Shown in pieces: positions 34,022 through 37,503 of a stretch of DNA of 37,503 bases. The position numbers and the translations under genes were made by a program. How positions within the stretch are numbered: position 1 is the first letter of the stretch; the number at the start of each line of letters is the position of its first letter. Origin of the DNA: Nemertoderma westbladi (lineage: Eukaryota > Animalia > Xenacoelomorpha); assembly GCA_032718475.1 (NCBI GenBank), contig JAUCBJ010001466.1:1-37503 (forward strand), read 5' to 3'. The notes below the pieces were generated by a model. The model did not search any database and was not told where the DNA came from. It worked only from the letters and a program-made list of their open reading frames with translations.

Positions 34022-35227
34022 TGTTCGCGCTTTCAGACCTTTGGCAGTTTAACCCACCAAATTAAGATGTCTTCTAGATATTAAATCGGTTTTTAGTCTA
34101 TGACAAGTATTTGATTCACTACACTAGTCGAAACCAATCTGTGCGCGATCATTCACCCGCTGGATATTCCCGGGAGATTGGGTTCGACGGTTTAATTTTA
34201 TTGCTATGTAAGCCTAATGTATTATTCGACTGACAGTACTATATAATCTCTGACAATATTATTCACCTTCGGTAATATTAACAGTTCCTTTAGGACGTGG
34301 CGCTTTATCTATATAAACAGAGTTATTACTTAAACTACTCACAACGATATGGCTTAATTATAATTCACATATATGGCGCATTCTTTAGGAATTGCTTCTT
34401 TAACAGACTCACTCATACACAATGCTGCACAATACTGCACACTAATCTGCCAATCTTCACTGATTTTAATCACATATAAAAGGAACACAGACTGACTCAT
34501 GTAGGGTCTATCAAATAACATTAGATTCACTTCAAACCACTTTAACATAAGTCACAATCGTTTATCTGTAACCCTTCTCTCTTACCTTCGGTATATCAAG
34601 AATATTGGGTTTCGGGGTTATTTATCGTTATTCCAAATATAATAATTCATCAACCATATTATGAAGAACTGACGGTAAATAGCAGTATAAAACAACAATG
34701 AAAACACTGATTGTTATGAGTTTGCAATGTTTCAGCAGTCAGTATGTATGATCAGTTAGCAGTGATTCCATGAGAGTCAGGTCAGTTAAAGGATATATGT
34801 CCTTATAATTAAACCTACTAGTGTAAAACTAAAAACTGAAAACACGGAGGTGCCAAAAGCCGGTTCTTAGGCTCTGGGCAAAAACATAACACTGAACTAC
34901 TGAGATTCTGTATATACCTCCAACACATAGACAACAAACGCTCTGATTGGTCAACCTGAACAACGAGAGAACAGAGAAACAAAGAAACGTCGACGTGGCA
35001 ATATCAGCTGCTAGCCGTCGTCATGGTAGCGACACTGTTTTCAAGAGTATCGAGCTTTTACGTCACGGAATTACGGATTATGTCCTCTAAAGTACAAATA
35101 CAGAAGAAATAGCTTTTATTTCCGCTAAAACACCAGTACAGCAAGGACACGGCCTTTTATGCCTGGTAAACCAACTACAGAGTATTTTAAGGGAAAATAA
35201 CCGACTAATTACGCAAAAGCTTTTACA
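34022..35227 (-). repeat. LTR of copy 2 (1206 bp, TGT...ACA on minus)
   Basis: Minus strand cttctgggagcgg|TGTAAAAGCTTTTGCG ... GAAAGCGCGAACA; homologous to 20006-21107. Confidence 0.85.
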
Positions 35228-35305
35228 CCGCTCCCAGAAGATGGGATTTAAGTTTATAAAATATAACAAATCACAGTTTCTAAAATATAAAAATACTCTA
35301 AACAG

Positions 35306-36825
35306 TTAGTCTTTCTTGCGCGGACGGCGTTTACGCAGTTTCTTGAGGCTAGCAAGAGTCCTTTTCTCTTTGGGGGAAGCCACTTTACTAGGAGGGCCAT
35401 AACTCCTGGGTGAAGGGTGCAATATGATTGCATCCGAAGGTGTAGGATTATGGTCGAGGTATCTGCCGTTTCGATATGCTTCTCCTCGAGCTGATTTTCC
35501 TCCGCTCGTAGCTGGATACGTTCATCCAAAAACTCTCGCAGAGAATAGGATCGTCCAAGTTCGATAACTTCTTAGAGATTCTGGACTTCCCAATCGAATT
35601 GAGATAAGGCCAATTCGTTTATCGATTGGACTTACTGTTATAACTTACGTTTATCTGAACAAACGCAGGTTTCTTTTTTGATCTTTATAGAATAGCGTTT
35701 AACTCGTTTCGTACAACGCTCTCCTTCACCTTGATGAGGGGTTGTATCGCGTTAAACGGGAACGACCATACGGTTGGATAGTGATATTAGGTGTCCGCGT
35801 CACAATCCGGCTAGGTAAGATGGGCGGCTAGCTAGAAATCACTGTAGGAGTGTTACCGATTAATTGTTAGGGTAGCACTAGATCTTGAACAGTGAATACC
35901 GTCCGCGAGGATCCGCGACACCACCAGGATCGCAGGTCTGAGGTCCAACTAAGGAATGAGGAGGTTTGACCGAGTATTCCGAAACTCTGATCATTGGTTT
36001 ATTTAAGGATCGTCTGAGTCGAACGAGCGTAGGTGATACATTGAACAAGTTTCGCTCGAAACTCCTGTAAGTATAGCGAATAAAACCGTGTTTAAAGCAA
36101 CGTCTCCGCGGATGTTTATGTCTTTCCGTTTGTTGGTTGGGTCTTGGGCATTCATTGCAATAATACCCAAAAACGTACGTCTTGTAGGGGGAACGCGTGT
36201 GATCTTTCTCCAGCTTACAATATTCCTCCATCCGTTCGAAGCTATTCGGTACAACAGGTAGCGGTCGATCGGCGGTAAGATACATCATAGGGGAATCGGG
36301 CCGTTTGAGTTCTACCATGCAGTCATGATGTATACCTTGAGGATATCGAGTTTCTAGATTTTGTTGACTGGCAATATTGAGATATGTTTCTATCAGGAAT
36401 TCCAGATAATCGTTGAAGTCGCTGCGTTTATCCAGCTCCTCAACGTCTTCTCTTTCGATTCGGTTTCGCATAGAATTCTCATGTTCGATTCTCGGTTTAT
36501 TGTTCCGCCTCCGCTGGGTATGATATTTAAATAGAACCATTTCCCCTTTGGTGTCTATATCGTCTATATCGTGTAAATCGATAGGATGACCAGTAGTTAA
36601 GCAGGCCATATACGTACCATTACGCTGCGTATATCGAGCAGCGAATTTTCTATAGTCCAACTCGCGCGCGAGCTGCTCTTGGGACATTGGCGGTTCGATA
36701 TAACGACCATCGTCCTCCGCAGCAGTTGGACTAACGTCGCCGCGTATTAAGCTATCAACAAACGCTTGTAAAAGTAGAGTATATCGCTCCCCGATACCAA
36801 GACCATCTTCTATCAACTCCGTCAT
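35306..36825 (-). pseudogene. Orphan accessory ORF, copy 2 (first ~315 codons open, then degraded and deleted)
   Basis: MTELIEDGLGIGERYTL... aligns with 17631 onward; a locally frameshifted segment lies near 36170-36215; the stop codon is in the same context as in copy 1. Confidence 0.8.
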
Positions 36826-37503
36826 ATCTGCTATATATGAGTTTATCCATATTATAAGGAGTTTATATTTAGGCTAGCGAGCGTCGCTGCCTACTCCAAT
36901 TAACCCCCGGACAGTACGAGATCCTCAGCGCCGATGTGTCGTCGCCGCTGTACTTTCGCCAACGACGTAGCCGCACAACGACAACGACAACCGGCACAAG
37001 TCACTCGACTGTCCGTCCCAAAGGCTTAGATGTACTTCAGGTTTTCCTTGGAGAGTTAGGTTACTTTTACGATTGCGACTAGCTACTGTAAACACACCTT
37101 AGTAGTAACATTCGCCTATAAACTCACAAATACCACACACACAACTTGTCACAAATTACACACACTCGGGTCACTTGTCCGTTAGTCAATGCCTTCCAGA
37201 ATGTCACTGTATTATTATGTATCCTTGGATACTATCAGTGCACTATTTATTCCCTATGCTATTCAATGGGACAAGCTTTCTATTGTTCTTTTAACTCAAT
37301 TCTAATTCTAGCGTGGTTGTTGCTATGGTGACATTATACAAAGCTAGCGGTAGAATTAGGGTGATTCCAATGCATACAGATCTGGGATGTTATTTAATAG
37401 TATTCTTTAATAGTCAATGTTCTGTTTTATACATGACTTTATGAAATTTATCGGCTATTGACTATGTTTGGGAGTCTTTCGCACACTCATATGCATAATA
37501 AGA

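Larger units (their letters stand above)
34022..37465 (-). mobile_element. Unclassified LTR retroelement, 3' part (copy 2), internally deleted
   Basis: Reverse complement of about 16995-21107, lacking the segment equivalent to about 18990-19765. Confidence 0.85.

Noticed and set aside
33995-34060. Weak inverted similarity between the 35-bp unit and the adjacent LTR end
   Set aside because: Needs gaps and several mismatches over about 23 bp; compatible with chance.

Overview
Repeat-dense eukaryotic DNA, probably from an invertebrate animal (inferred from the transposon families and the SH3 adaptor gene). It opens with about 7 kb of a GC-rich 55-bp satellite. It contains one convincing host gene, an intronless CIN85/CD2AP-like SH3 adaptor (10537-12054, minus), and a probable orphan terminal exon (31230-31435, plus). 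Most of the rest is nested mobile DNA: RTE fragments, BEL/Pao pol and gag-like relics, a Penelope GIY-YIG element with hairpin ends and a 12-bp target-site duplication (TSD), a 5'-truncated LINE between two ~1.14-kb direct repeats, several MITEs, tRNA-like SINE heads and minisatellites. The best candidate for an undescribed system is an LTR retroelement family present as two diverged copies (about 16990-21107 plus; 34022 to about 37465 minus) and a 198-bp mini solo-LTR with a 5-bp TSD (31873-32070). Just upstream of its polypurine tract (PPT) and 3' LTR it carries a ~765-codon orphan ORF that looks neither gag, pol nor env, with its own candidate TATA/Inr promoter. The ORF has a Cys/His cluster, a coiled-coil-like segment, a QPGTST motif and a basic C-terminus. 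All alignments were done by eye; no database search was possible.
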